Shown here in pieces: positions 52,423 through 63,481 of a DNA stretch of 64,000 nt. The DNA comes from Octopus bimaculoides (taxonomy: Eukaryota), in NCBI RefSeq assembly GCF_001194135.2, contig NC_068983.1:94123348-94187347 (forward strand), read 5' to 3'. Position numbers and translations under genes: made by a program. How positions within the stretch are numbered: the first letter of the stretch is position 1; each line of letters starts with the position of its first letter. The notes beneath the pieces are model-generated. The model ran no database searches and was not told the origin of the DNA. It worked only from the letters and a program-made list of their open reading frames with translations.

Positions 52423-52829
52423 TAAAGCAGGTGTATACTGTGAACTTAATGTGACAGTCCCAATAAGGGAATCATACTGCTGCTATTTAGCCCTAGGAAG
52501 CTGGACCGCTTCCTGTCGGCCTTGACACATTTCCTGTGTCCTTATATTTGTGAGGGGGAGACAAGCACCTCTACCCAGCCTAGTCTGCATTCAGGGACAT
52601 GTTTCTGAGTCATTGCTCATCATCAGCCTGAAGTAGCAACACCAGTTGGCTGAAGTCCCTGAATGCAGACTAGGTTGGGTGGGGGTGCTTGTCTCCCCCT
52701 CGCAAATATAAGGACACAGGAAATGTGACAAGGCCGACAGAAAGCAGTCCAGCTTCCTAGGGCTAAATAGCAGCAGTATGATTCCTTTATTGGGACTGTC
52801 ACATTAAGTTGACAGTATACAACTGCTTT
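52423..52829. repeat. Fold-back element, about 175-bp high-identity arms
   Basis: 52423-52598 is the reverse complement of 52655-52829 with few mismatches. The 56-bp spacer carries the hammerhead core. Confidence 0.92.
52590..52632 (-). ncRNA. Minimal type I hammerhead ribozyme, intact core
   Basis: Minus strand reads ttcagg-CTGATGA-tgag(caatga)ctca-GAAA-C(AT)-GTC-cctgaa. Perfect 6-bp stem I, 4-bp stem II, palindromic ACATGT stem III and a GUC cleavage triplet. Predicted cut between 52596 and 52595. Confidence 0.82.
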
Positions 52830-52990
52830 AAATATATATATATGACAGGTTTCTTTCAGTTTCCATCTACCAAATCCACTCACAAGGCTTTGGTCGGCCC
52901 GAGACTATAGTAGAAGACACTTGAGCAAGGTGCTATGCAATGAGACTGAACCCAGAACCACACAGTCACTCCTGCGCCTATGTCTATGTA

Positions 52991-53023
<33 letters not shown>

Positions 53024-53121
53024 GTATATGTATTGTTTGTTTTTATGTTCAATAATAAAAGCAATTTTACATTAATCTGACGGGTTACTCTATACTTTTG
53101 CAGAGTACAAACTTATTCTTA

Positions 53122-53534
53122 TACAAGAATGTTGTTGGCAGTGACTCGGAAATTTTGGCCAGCTAAGCCATCGTCAGACAACAATGCATTAGAATTAGTT
53201 TTGCCTTTATATAGTCTGTTAAAATCACCTTTAGGTGTGTGGGTTTGACTGGGGTGGTAATTAGGTTTTTATGAAAAGGTGTTTTGGGAAAATTTTTTTT
53301 GATTAAATTTGGTGTTTACTTACAAAGTTGTACATGCATGAATAAACTCTAAACAACAACCACCTCAAATTTAATCAATAAAAATTTTATCAAAAATATC
53401 TCAAACCCACACACCCAAAGATGATTTTAACACAACAAAGACTATATAAAGACAAAACTAACTCTAATGCATTGTGGTTCAATGATGGCTTAGCTGGCCA
53501 AAACTTTGGAGTCACTGTCAACAACATTCTTGTA
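53122..53534. repeat. Fold-back element, about 180-bp arms
   Basis: tacaagaatgttgttggcagtgactc... versus ...gagtcactgtcaacaacattcttgta. Confidence 0.85.
53141..53179 (-). ncRNA. Degenerate hammerhead motif (mirror copy on + at 53478-53516)
   Basis: gt-CTGACGA-tggc(ttagctg)gcca-AAAT-TTCCGA-GTC-ac. Comparing the two arms gives inferred ancestral gccGAAAC-TCCGGA-GTC with a palindromic stem III. Confidence 0.5.
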
Positions 53535-55301
53535 TTATATATATATATTGCCAGTAGTTCATATACCTAAAAAAGAAGCATACTCTAGAACATTAGAGCA
53601 GTAATATATTTTTGGGAAGGTTGATTGTTATGACTAGTCAGAGGGTGACCATTCTCCAGCCATTTGTGTCTAACGAGTCGCCTATATGGCTAAGTGCTTT
53701 ATAGGTGCAAAACCAATGGTCAATCTCTGACCAGTCATAACAATCTACCTTCTAAAAATATATATATATATATATAAACAAACACACACATTTCAACCTC
53801 ATAAATAGTGCTTACAGATTTTTATAAACAATCACTCATTAATAATTCACCTTTTCTGCTTGGTTTATTTCACAGCAGTAAACAACCTCTTAACATTCAA
53901 TTAGCAGAAGAATGCAATTTTACAAAATTTCATATCTCCTCTCTAACTGAAACCTTTATAAAAGCATTAGAATTTTACTGGCCACACAAAAGATAAATCT
54001 GTCCCTTCAACTGACAAAAGTATTCCCACAAGCTACAAAAATTGTTCTTACAAGAAACAAAACTATCCCCATAAGGAATAACACGATCTCAACCAGTGAC
54101 AAAACATTTTCTTTGGTCCCTACTTTTACATTTGTCAGTCAGACAGAGAATTATGGGCAACATGAGGGGCACTAGGTTTCACCTAGAAAAGGCTTTGAAA
54201 GTTGTGTTTCTTTGTTTGTTTTTTATCTAAAGCCATTAAAAATGTTGAGATTTCAATTCAGCATAAACGAGTCACATAATGAAGAGAAATACATGCTCTG
54301 TCTAAAGATTCATATTTGGTAGCTTTCTTTTTTCTTTTCACTTCTTTTTTTTCTTTACTAGTTAACATCCCCTGCACCATATTAGCATGGATGAGAAATC
54401 TACCATTTTGTTTTTTTATTTTTGAGTTTTTTTTTTCTTTTTCAAATTTAAACATATACACACAGCTGGAAAATAAGCTTTGAAATTGAACGCCCTTTCT
54501 ATTATTAACCATTCAATTATGAATTTATATATCAGATGTACAAACTGAAGCAAGCGATGTTTGTGTGCGTCTTGCTATACATTAGCTGTAGTAATAATTG
54601 AACTCTTGACAACTGCCTCAGTTTGATTCTACTTTTCAGTAGGAACTAGTTTCAAGTTCTGTATGTGGGTAAAAGCATATTCCTTGATTTAGTTACCTAC
54701 CAAGCGTTATTTAAAGAATGTGGTGACAGTGTGACATCCTTATGATCAACCCCAGCTATAACTTACCATATCCGTAACTTAATACAGCTATAAGTTACCA
54801 CTCTAATAACCCAGTTGAAGAAACAGTGTTTTCTGCAGTCTGTATGGGTTTATAAGTCCAGTGCTTAGCTCTGGTCTTCTGGTATTTAATCAAATGAGAG
54901 ATAAATTATCACTGGGATAGAGTAGCAGCTTATCTCAGGTAAGACTCAAGATCTGCTACTTAACAACTAGATAAATTCAAGTATGTTGATTTATCTTACA
55001 TACAAATACAAGACACCAGTAGTCAAGCTGAACTTGAGACCAAGAAATTTGGTAGTTCACTACCTCAGCCACTTCTCTGAATTGAATTAGGTTATTATGA
55101 CATGGAGTTATGGTCAAGGATCGTTAACACAACTGATTTTTGTTACTGATTTTTTTTTTGTCCGAAGTTCTACCAAAAGTGTTAGGGCATGGGAGAGGAC
55201 AAGAAAGCAAGAGAGATAGGGGGAAGGAGAGAGAATGCTCCTGCAACATTTCAAGAGATTAATTACCTTTTACAGTTAAAATATAGTTCTCAGAATTAAA
55301 T

Positions 55302-55583
55302 TTAGTCATCTGGCTTAGAATGTCTTATATGGTCCCATGAAAGATAGCAAGCTTGTCCTTTACTGAGATCATGCCACCCGACAGGGCCAGACTCACAATC
55401 AGCACATATCAAGTACTTGACAGTTCCAACAGTGTTTGAAAATCCAATATTTTCAAAGTTGTACATGTTATCAATCCTCCAGCAATCAATAAGTTTATCT
55501 TCTTCATCATATACTTCTGTGACATTACTACTTCCATTTCCATCCTTTTCTTCCTTTGAACCTTTTTCTAATGGCAGGAGAAA
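55302..55583 (-). CDS. RABIF: MSS4 / RABIF coding exon 2 (93 codons + TAA)
   Basis: Acceptor ttattttacag|TTT at 55584/55583, phase 0. Translates FLLP...WRIDNMYNFENIGFSNTVGTVKYLICADCESGPVGWHDL..., the hallmark MSS4 'FENxGF...KxLxCADCExGPxGW' block with the second CxxC. Confidence 0.95.
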   Translation of the reverse strand, partial: FLLPLEKGSKEEKDGNGSSNVTEVYDEEDKLIDCWRIDNMYNFENIGFSNTVGTVKYLICADCESGPVGWHDLSKGQACYLSWDHIRHSKPDD

Positions 55584-55704
55584 CTGTAAAATAACAAATA
55601 AGATGCATTTCAAAATCTAACAAATAATTTTTTTTTAGCTTGTTTGTTTGTTTACACAGATACATTTATATAATTATCAAATGTTTACTATATTTTCTTT
55701 TCAA

Positions 55705-56250
55705 AGTGTGCAAGACAGAAGACTATGCCGGTACAGACATGTAATGAATGAAGACAGTTGTGTCAAGATGTGCCAATCTCTAAATGTAGAGGGAACATGT
55801 GTAAGAGGTAGACTCAGGAAGACAAGGGATGAATTGGTGAGAAAGGATCTTCAGATATTGGGCCTCACAGAGGGGATGACAGGGATCTGAGACTCTTGGC
55901 AGTTTGCTGTACTTGAGAAGACGCATCAAGCTAAGTAAAAGCATGGTTATCCTTGCATACAAACATGTTCTCTGCATCCCTCTCCCGCTGAACACCTCTA
56001 ATCTTGCAGGCTCATGGGTACTGGTGCCATATAAAAAGCACCCATACTGGTATCACATAAGCATACCCATGCTGGTGCTGCATAAAAGCACCCAGTACAT
56101 TCTGTGAAGTGGTTGGTGTTAGGAAGGGCATCCAGTCATAGAAACCGTGCCAAAACAGACATGGATCCTGGACAGCTCTTCAGCTGGCCAGCTCCTGTCA
56201 AACTGTCCAACCCATGCCAGCATGGAAAACAAACATTAAATGATGATGAT
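55705..56250 (+). mobile_element. RTE LINE 3' end plus 3' UTR/(GAT)n tail, antisense in RABIF intron
   Basis: VQDRRLCRYRHVMNEDSCVKMCQSLNVEG..RGR.RKT, then ggtgttaggaagggcatccag...taaatgatgatgatg. Confidence 0.8.
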
Positions 56251-56734
56251 GAGTTTAGAATTCAACATCATCATCACTTCATTTTTGTATTTGGTTTGCA
56301 AGGTTTTTTTATGTGAATTCATGTATTGAAACAAATTTTGTTGTGTTCGTCAAAGTTCTTTCATCGCCATTCACAACTATTTCAGTGATTTCTTTTTGAT
56401 GAATAAAAAACAACAAACAATTGACTGTTTAACCAACAAGTTAAACAAATGATCAACTAGTCAGATTAAACTAATGTGAGTGTTATTAATAATGGTGTAA
56501 TGAATCTCCCTAGATACAACAAAATCATCATCACAGTAGTACGTTTGTAACTTGGTTCTTGCTGTAGACATTGAGATTTCAACAGCATTACGGATTCTGA
56601 CTTCAACAAAGGAGGCTCCATGCTTCTACCTGATATTAATTTGTCAGTGTTTTATAAACTGTTGTGCATGGAAGTACCACAGCTTTTACAATATCTCCTA
56701 ATATAATAATGAACGTAGTGTTTTTATATATTTG

Positions 56735-56782
<48 letters not shown>

Positions 56783-57395
56783 CCTAAATCACACTGGACG
56801 GAGGAGGAGAAAGTAGTATAAGTGAAGGGAGAGGAGAGAAAATTGTGATTCAGTGAAGGAGAGGTAGTGAGAGTAATAGCCCTGACTGAAAGGGAGTAAG
56901 AGAAAGGAAGTGGCAAAGAGCACGTCGTGTATCTTCTGTTTTTCTCTGCCACAACATATGAATGAGAAAGGAAGGGGTGAAAAAAAATCAGCATTTCAAC
57001 TCTAAGTATATGTGTGTATGTGTGTGCATGTACAAGGGAAGTATGTGAATATATGTGAACATTGACAAGCATATTAATTTGATTTACCATCCATATCTTC
57101 TATTATAATAATACTCTTGTGTATTTCTCCATCGCAACATATGAATGAGAAAGGAAGGGGTGGTGGAAAACTTGGTAGTGATGGAAGTTCTATGGTGAAA
57201 AAAAAAATCAAACAGCGTTTCAACTCAGCGTGAGTATTTGTGTGTGTATATAAATGGGAGTCAGGTGAATGTGTGTGAGTGTGCATGCAATGGAAGTGAG
57301 ATGGTGAACATTCAATGCTAAAAAGAATAATCAAACAGCATTTCAACTCTGTGAGAGTCTATGTGTGTATGTGTGTGCATGTACAAGGGAAGTAT

Positions 57396-58364
57396 GTGAA
57401 TGTTTGTATGTGTGATTATTATGTACCTTATTTTCTACTTTATATATAAAATACTACATATGCCATCATTTTTGATGGCATGGGGTCAGCTAGTTAATAT
57501 ATAATGACCATTAGTTATTGATTGGAAATGAAAATAAAGTTAATAGATCAATAAATTCTGAAAAACTGACCAAGTTTTTCTTGTGACTAATATATGACAT
57601 GCATGTCACCACAGGCTTTTTAGTGACATGCAATGGACATCAAAAGATAAAACTCTCCCTCTATAAATATTTACCTTAAACTAAAATATGTATATACATT
57701 CAAGTAACACTCCAAAGGAGTATTATTAAAAGAATTTAAATTTCAGTATGTGTTAAGGTTTACCATCACTGAACTAGACAAAACAGTACTTTTTTTTCTT
57801 TTTATAATAGGCATTAAAGTTAATTGAATTAAAAATATTACTGATTTATATTTTACTGAATAAAGGACAAAATAAACTTGGTAAGGATATAGCAAGGATA
57901 TATATAAAGGACAAAATAAACTTGGTAAGGATATAGCAAGGATATATATAAAGGACAAAATAAACTTGGTAAGGATATAGCAAGATATGGATCTGTTTAC
58001 AATCAAGAATTTAACTTGTTCTGTATCAGCTATTTCTATTATCCTTGGACACTGTAAATATTGATTTATAAAAGATCTCATAGAAGAATTTGGTAAATCA
58101 ATTCACAATGAGTTTGCCAAATTCTTCCATGAAATCTATGAATATTTGTTTACACAGACCACCTCCTGTTACCTTGAATCCTGGATTTTAACAAATATTG
58201 ATATGCAATTTGCATAAAACTTTATTTTCATTTCCAATCAATAACTAATGGTTATTATATATTAACTAGCTGACCCCATGCCATCAAAAATGACAGTTAA
58301 TTGTAGTATTTTATATATAAAGTAGAAAATAAAGTACATAATAATCACACATACAAACATTCAC
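57396..58364. repeat. Inverted repeat of about 146 bp (57396-57541 / 58218-58364) with about 680-bp spacer
   Basis: Direct reverse-complement match. The spacer holds a 44-bp tandem repeat and an internal hairpin at about 58075-58145. Confidence 0.85.
57861..57985 (+). repeat. 44-bp minisatellite, about 2.8 units
   Basis: taaaggacaaaataaacttggtaaggatatagcaaggatatata starts at 57861, 57905 and 57949. Confidence 0.95.
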
Positions 58365-58426
58365 AAACTTATTGTGCAAAGCAACACTCATATATGTGAA
58401 TGAGTGTGTAAAGCTGCATTGTACAT

Positions 58427-58517
58427 ATATATATAAATACAGTTATCCATATACATAAATACAGTTATCTAAATATATAAATACAGTTATCTAAATATAT
58501 AAATACAGTTATCTAAA
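58427..58517 (+). repeat. 22-bp minisatellite, about 4 units
   Basis: atatataaatacagttatctaa repeated. Confidence 0.9.
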
Positions 58518-58554
58518 GAAAACAATCTTCAATACCTCCTGTTGGGGGATTGCT

Positions 58555-58800
58555 GGAAAATTCAAATGGATCATACTTTTTTCAAAACCAGATCTTAATA
58601 TGGACCAACACCAGAAGGAATTACATCCATCATCACATCATATCATATAACAATATTTGCTTCTTCTAGTAATTTGTATCAGTACAAGTGTTTGGTTCTT
58701 GGAATCTCCTCAGTATTTGAAGAATTTTAGGTAATCATTAGTAATCTCTTCAAATCTTAACCTAACATAAATAATATTGCAGATGCAAGATTTGGTATGA
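58555..58800 (+). mobile_element. Ty3/Gypsy reverse-transcriptase remnant
   Basis: FSKPDLNM.QHQ.ELHP.S.H/ITIFA...LYQYKCLVLGISSVFEEF*.II...NNIAD, with stops and a frameshift. Confidence 0.6.
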
Positions 58801-61800
58801 GGTGCTATGCTGATCAGAGGGTCAAGAAGTTAGTGATCATATCATCTGGAGAAACCAAAAACAAGGAAGTACCAATCAATTTATTTAACTCAGTTCATTG
58901 TTAACAAAGAAATAGGGAATATTAATTTGCAAGGCATCAGATGGCTCAGAAAAATTCATGCAGGCCATATCTGACATCAAGCTCATACCTTGAGGAAATA
59001 CATAAGATCCTTATTATGCAGATCCATATAGTCATGGAAAGTTTGAATGTGAATAAAGTTTACAGATTGAATCAACTGATGAAAGTGTCAATGAGGATTT
59101 CAAGGTGTCACAAAAGAGCTAACCTGACAAGGAGTCATCTGAATTATAGCATGGCTTATGAGGGTCTACAAGAATAAACAAGCAATCAGACACCATTCTT
59201 AGTGTGAATATAATATGAAAAAGGCAAGATACAACTTCATACAGTAGTATTGCCTGTTAAACATAAAATATGTGCTTACTATATCACATGGCCCAACCCA
59301 GTGGTCAGATGACATGTTCTATTCGTCATGGCTACTAGTTCAATGAAAGGAATTTTGATATTCAGTTAAAAGTCAACTTGAAAAAAGTAAGGGAGCTCTT
59401 GCACCTTTGGTTTCATTTTTGAATAAACACTTTACAATGAAACTACATTATTAGACATTGAACAAGCATGTTACCAGATGTATTGCAGTAGGTATGCTAT
59501 GCTACACAATAAGTGTGTGTGTGTGTGTGAGTGTGTGTGCGCGTCCGTCCATGCATGCGTGTGCGCGCACGCACACAAACTTGGAGCCAACACTAAGTAC
59601 AAGCAATGTAAACACTTTCTCTTTATATCTTCACAGACAGAGAAAAAGATCAGCTAGATAAGTTTCACTCTTGTGTTGGGATACCATCAGCACCTGAGTA
59701 TTGTCTTAAACTGTCCATAAAGATATATTGAGCCCAAGGATTTGAACCATTTTTTCTAAATCATCAGTGGAGAGCAATTAGTGAACCACAACTGAAACAT
59801 AATTTTCCTGTGCATGATCTGTTTATCGACCAATCGATTTGTAGCAGATCAGGTCACCAAGTCAGAACATCAAGTGTCCTTGAGATTCATGCACTTTTCT
59901 CTCGTGATTTTTCACTAAAGATCTTCGCAGAGTGTTGGGGAAAACTGAAAAACTTACACCTCACTTCTTGCCGAGCAAGCCAGAACAATCACAGAAGTTG
60001 AGAGTGGCTAGAGAGCACATAACTCACTTGCCACAGGCCAGTACACCAGAGCAGATTTTCAGCAAGATTTGGTGGATTTACATCTCTGTCTTTTGCTGAG
60101 TAAAAACTGTTAAAGATACATTAATTCATTTCTCACCACAAGCAAGCCAGAAATTTTGAGTAGATTCAGATAAACTCATATTTTGACTTCTTTTTGGAAG
60201 GAATACGTAGAACAAAGTATTGAAGGCTAATCTCAAAACCCTGAACCTTACAAAGAGATGACAGAGGACTGAGATATGTGGCTCATTGCTGCTCTCAAGA
60301 CCCTCCCACTACAACAGAATTGAGATCCCAAAACCAAGGTACCACAAAAAAGCACTGGTAATGGTGTCACATAAAAAGCACCCAGTACACTCTGTAGAGC
60401 AATTGGTTTTATGAAGGGTATGTAGCTGTTGAAACCAAGCCAAAACAGATTGTGGAACCTGGTGCAGCCCCTGGCTTTGCCAGTTCCTGTCGAACCGTCC
60501 AAGTCATGCCAACATGGAAAACAGACGTTAAATGTTGATGATGGTAATGATGAAGAACTCACTGAGTAAGCCATTAATGCCGGTGGAATTTAGACAATAT
60601 GAAAGTCAATCCCTATATCCTAAGTCTCTACCAGTGAGCATCTGAAAACCCTTGATTATATGTTCAGCCTCTTCTTAAATATATTACAAAATGTTTGCAA
60701 GTTTTGCATCTGTTTATAATTCACACAGCCAACCTAATTCATTATAATCTCACACCAAAGATCACAGTAACAATGAAAACCTAACTAATATACATCTCAG
60801 CAACAAAGATACTGTATATAAAGACAAGGGTTTACATTTGTCTACACATAGTGTTAGCTGAAAGTCTATAGATATATTTTGTAGCACAGTATTGCAGTGA
60901 AGCACAACACTTACGTAGTCAAGGATAATGCTATGTTTCTGAAGTGAAAAAGTTGCAGTGCTTTGTCCCATTTCGAAATAGTGTAATTTGGTCTACAATT
61001 GCTTTATTTTTCCAATTTGCCTTTTCCAAACAAATTCTGAGATTGCTCCTGTTTTCCATTTAAAGGGACCCTGTTAAACAGTTCAAAATGTACAACTGAT
61101 GTTTTGATGTGTATTCTCTAGCTGGCCAAGACCATACCCAAAGAGACCTCAACTTACCACCTTGAGCTTTAAGAACTCACACTAATGATAGACTGGATTG
61201 TACCTGTGTTTAGGATAGATCTAAGTAAGTAAGGTTAGTGGTTGGTATGGAAACAGTTATTAATACATCGTCAGGTAGGCTGTAGTGAGAAAAACGCAAG
61301 TTGTATGAAGTAGATTTAGAGTAGATACTTAGATAGTAGAGTTTGTTTATACTGATGAAAAGGGTACTATGGAAATGTGGTCGTCGTGCATTCGATAAGT
61401 GCAAGCCTACTTGTTTAGCAGATGGCTTTCCGGCACCCTTGGTGCAAAGAGGATACAGAAATTAGTTACAATAAACGGTGCGATTATGTGAACCGTAAGC
61501 ACCATTTCAATAATCCTCTCTACTATAGGCACAAGTCCTGAAATTTAGGAGAAAGGTGTTAGTCGACTACATCAAACACCCCACCTCCAGTACTTGTCTA
61601 GTACTTATTTTATCGACCTTAAAGGATGAAAGCCAAAGTTGACATCGGCGGCATTTGAACTCAAAATATAAAGCCGGAAAGTATGTCGCTAAGCATTTTG
61701 TGCGGTAACGATTCTGCCAGTTCGCCACCTTAAACGTTTCAATAATAACATACTTGACAATATGCTGCTTGATGAGGTGATGACAAAATTACCAAAATTA

Positions 61801-62083
61801 TCATGGCTTGACAATTAAAACATAAATAAAATTTAAGATAACTAGTAATAAAATGCATAGAAACTATTTAGTTTCAAAAAGTGAATTTTTTGAAGTGTAA
61901 AACCTTGAAATTTTTTTGTAGATGCGCAACAGAGCAAAGATAACTTGGTTGGTATACGCCCCTGATGGTTTTAAATATGGATAATTAGAAGTTTAACATA
62001 TACTATAGAACATTTAAAAATGACAATGGATCAATGATACAAAAAATACAAAAACTGAACATTAAATGTTCCTTAATACTCAC

Positions 62084-62251
62084 TTTTTGCCTCACATAAT
62101 TACCATTTCCTGGAGTCAACATAAGACTCGGGCATCTGGTGCAGTAGACCTTCGTTTTGTTTTTACCGTTATCACCTAATCTGTTGCTGTATAAGGATTT
62201 TATTCTCATGATATCGGTGTCATTGTTATTATCGCAATTATCTTCTGCCAT
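62084..62251 (-). CDS. RABIF: Guanine nucleotide exchange factor MSS4 / Rab-interacting factor, coding exon 1 (56 codons)
   Basis: ATG at 62251. Translates MAEDNCD...NGKNKTKVYCTRCPSLMLTPGNGNYVRQK, matching the MSS4 N-terminal 'NxxxVxCxRCxSxxLxPG' motif with the first Zn-binding CxxC. Ends in phase 0 at a canonical donor AAA|GTGAGT (62083). Confidence 0.93.
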
Positions 62252-63324
62252 TCTATAACAACACTATCGATGTCTTAATATTACAATATAACAATTGTTT
62301 ACTGTAAATCCCATTAAACATGCGGTAATAAGACGAGAGAATACACGGCAACTAGTTATACTTGACTGCAGAGGTTCACCTAAATAGTCGTCACACGAAC
62401 AGCATGTCACAGAAGCAATAAATGTTTTGGGACTAGAAGGTTCCTGATACCTGTGGAGTATCTCCTTCTCCCATTACAATATGTTAATCTGTGCTAACCT
62501 GAACGGAAGGTTAGTTCGGGTTAGCATATTTAATTGATGTTTTAGGAATGATGGGATGAAATTTTCAGTTCGTCACAGTATCAAAGAGTCAATATCCAAC
62601 CATATATTTGTTTTCCTTATTTCCAACTTCTGAAGTTATTGACAGTTTTTTTAATATACTTTTACTTATATAACATGGCTAGCACGTACATGCACGGAAC
62701 TTTCAATGTTCTCTATAATTTTATTGTCAGTAATTAAAACAATTTTATAAGCCACTTAGGGAATATTCAATATTGCCCAAATTTCTTCCGAAACCTCGTA
62801 CATAATTTCAACCGCACAATTTAATATAAGTATTTCATTAACTTAGTTCAAATAATTCTGATAACCACTAGATTCCTGGTGAAAATCAGTTAATTTCACT
62901 TATTCTTTTAATTTTTTTACTTGAAGAATTTTTAGTCGAAGGAATCTATTCCAGTACTTATAATTTTTGAATTACCAGTGCTTATTCTATCGGTCTCTTT
63001 TTGCCCAACCATTAAGTTACGGGGATGTAAACACACCAATACGGGTTGTCAAGCGGTGCTGGGAGAGACAAACACACACACACACACATATATAAATATA
63101 TATATAGCCTAGGGGAGACAATCCTTTTGTTGACATTGAGTAACGGGGTCCTTTCCTCCCCCCCCCCTTACTCTATACAGGCTATTCGTTAGAGCGGCCT
63201 TTAGTTAACAGTGTTTGGGATCTGATAATATGCCATAAAGCTAAGCCCTTTATGGATGTGAAACTTAAAGTAATCCCATAAACCGGACTTATCTAACTTT
63301 AATATATATACTCACTTATATTAA

Positions 63325-63481
63325 AGTAATAAAGTTAATGTCTGGTCACAGAGTGACCAATGGTTTCGCATCCACGAAGGCCGTAGCTTTGTGGACGACT
63401 CATCAGACTGTAGTCCGAAGACAAATTTGTCTGCAGCCTTCGTGGATGCGAAACCATAGACCAGACATTAACTTTATTACT
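63325..63481. repeat. Short fold-back element
   Basis: agtaataaagttaatgtctggtc...tggtttcgcatccacgaaggc is mirrored by gccttcgtggatgcgaaacca..gaccagacattaactttattact. Confidence 0.88.
63347..63414 (-). ncRNA. Type I hammerhead ribozyme, intact core
   Basis: Minus strand reads tacagt-CTGATGA-gtcgtccacaaagcTACGgccttcgtggatgc-GAAA-ccattg-GTC-actctgtg. Extended stem II capped by c(UACG)g, 3-bp stem III, and a bulged stem I of 3+3 bp. CpGs are undecayed. Confidence 0.72.

Larger units (their letters stand above)
55584..62083 (-). other. RABIF: RABIF intron, 6500 bp, GT-AG, phase 0
   Basis: Lies between the two MSS4 exons. Joining them gives a continuous 149-aa frame. Confidence 0.9.

Noticed and set aside
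61158-61203. 46-nt possible poison exon in the RABIF intron (strong GTAAGT donor)
   Set aside because: The acceptor is weak and there is no independent support. RNA-seq junction reads would be needed.
61325-61385. CTGATGA...GAAATGTGGTC hammerhead-like string
   Set aside because: Neither stem I nor stem II pairs.
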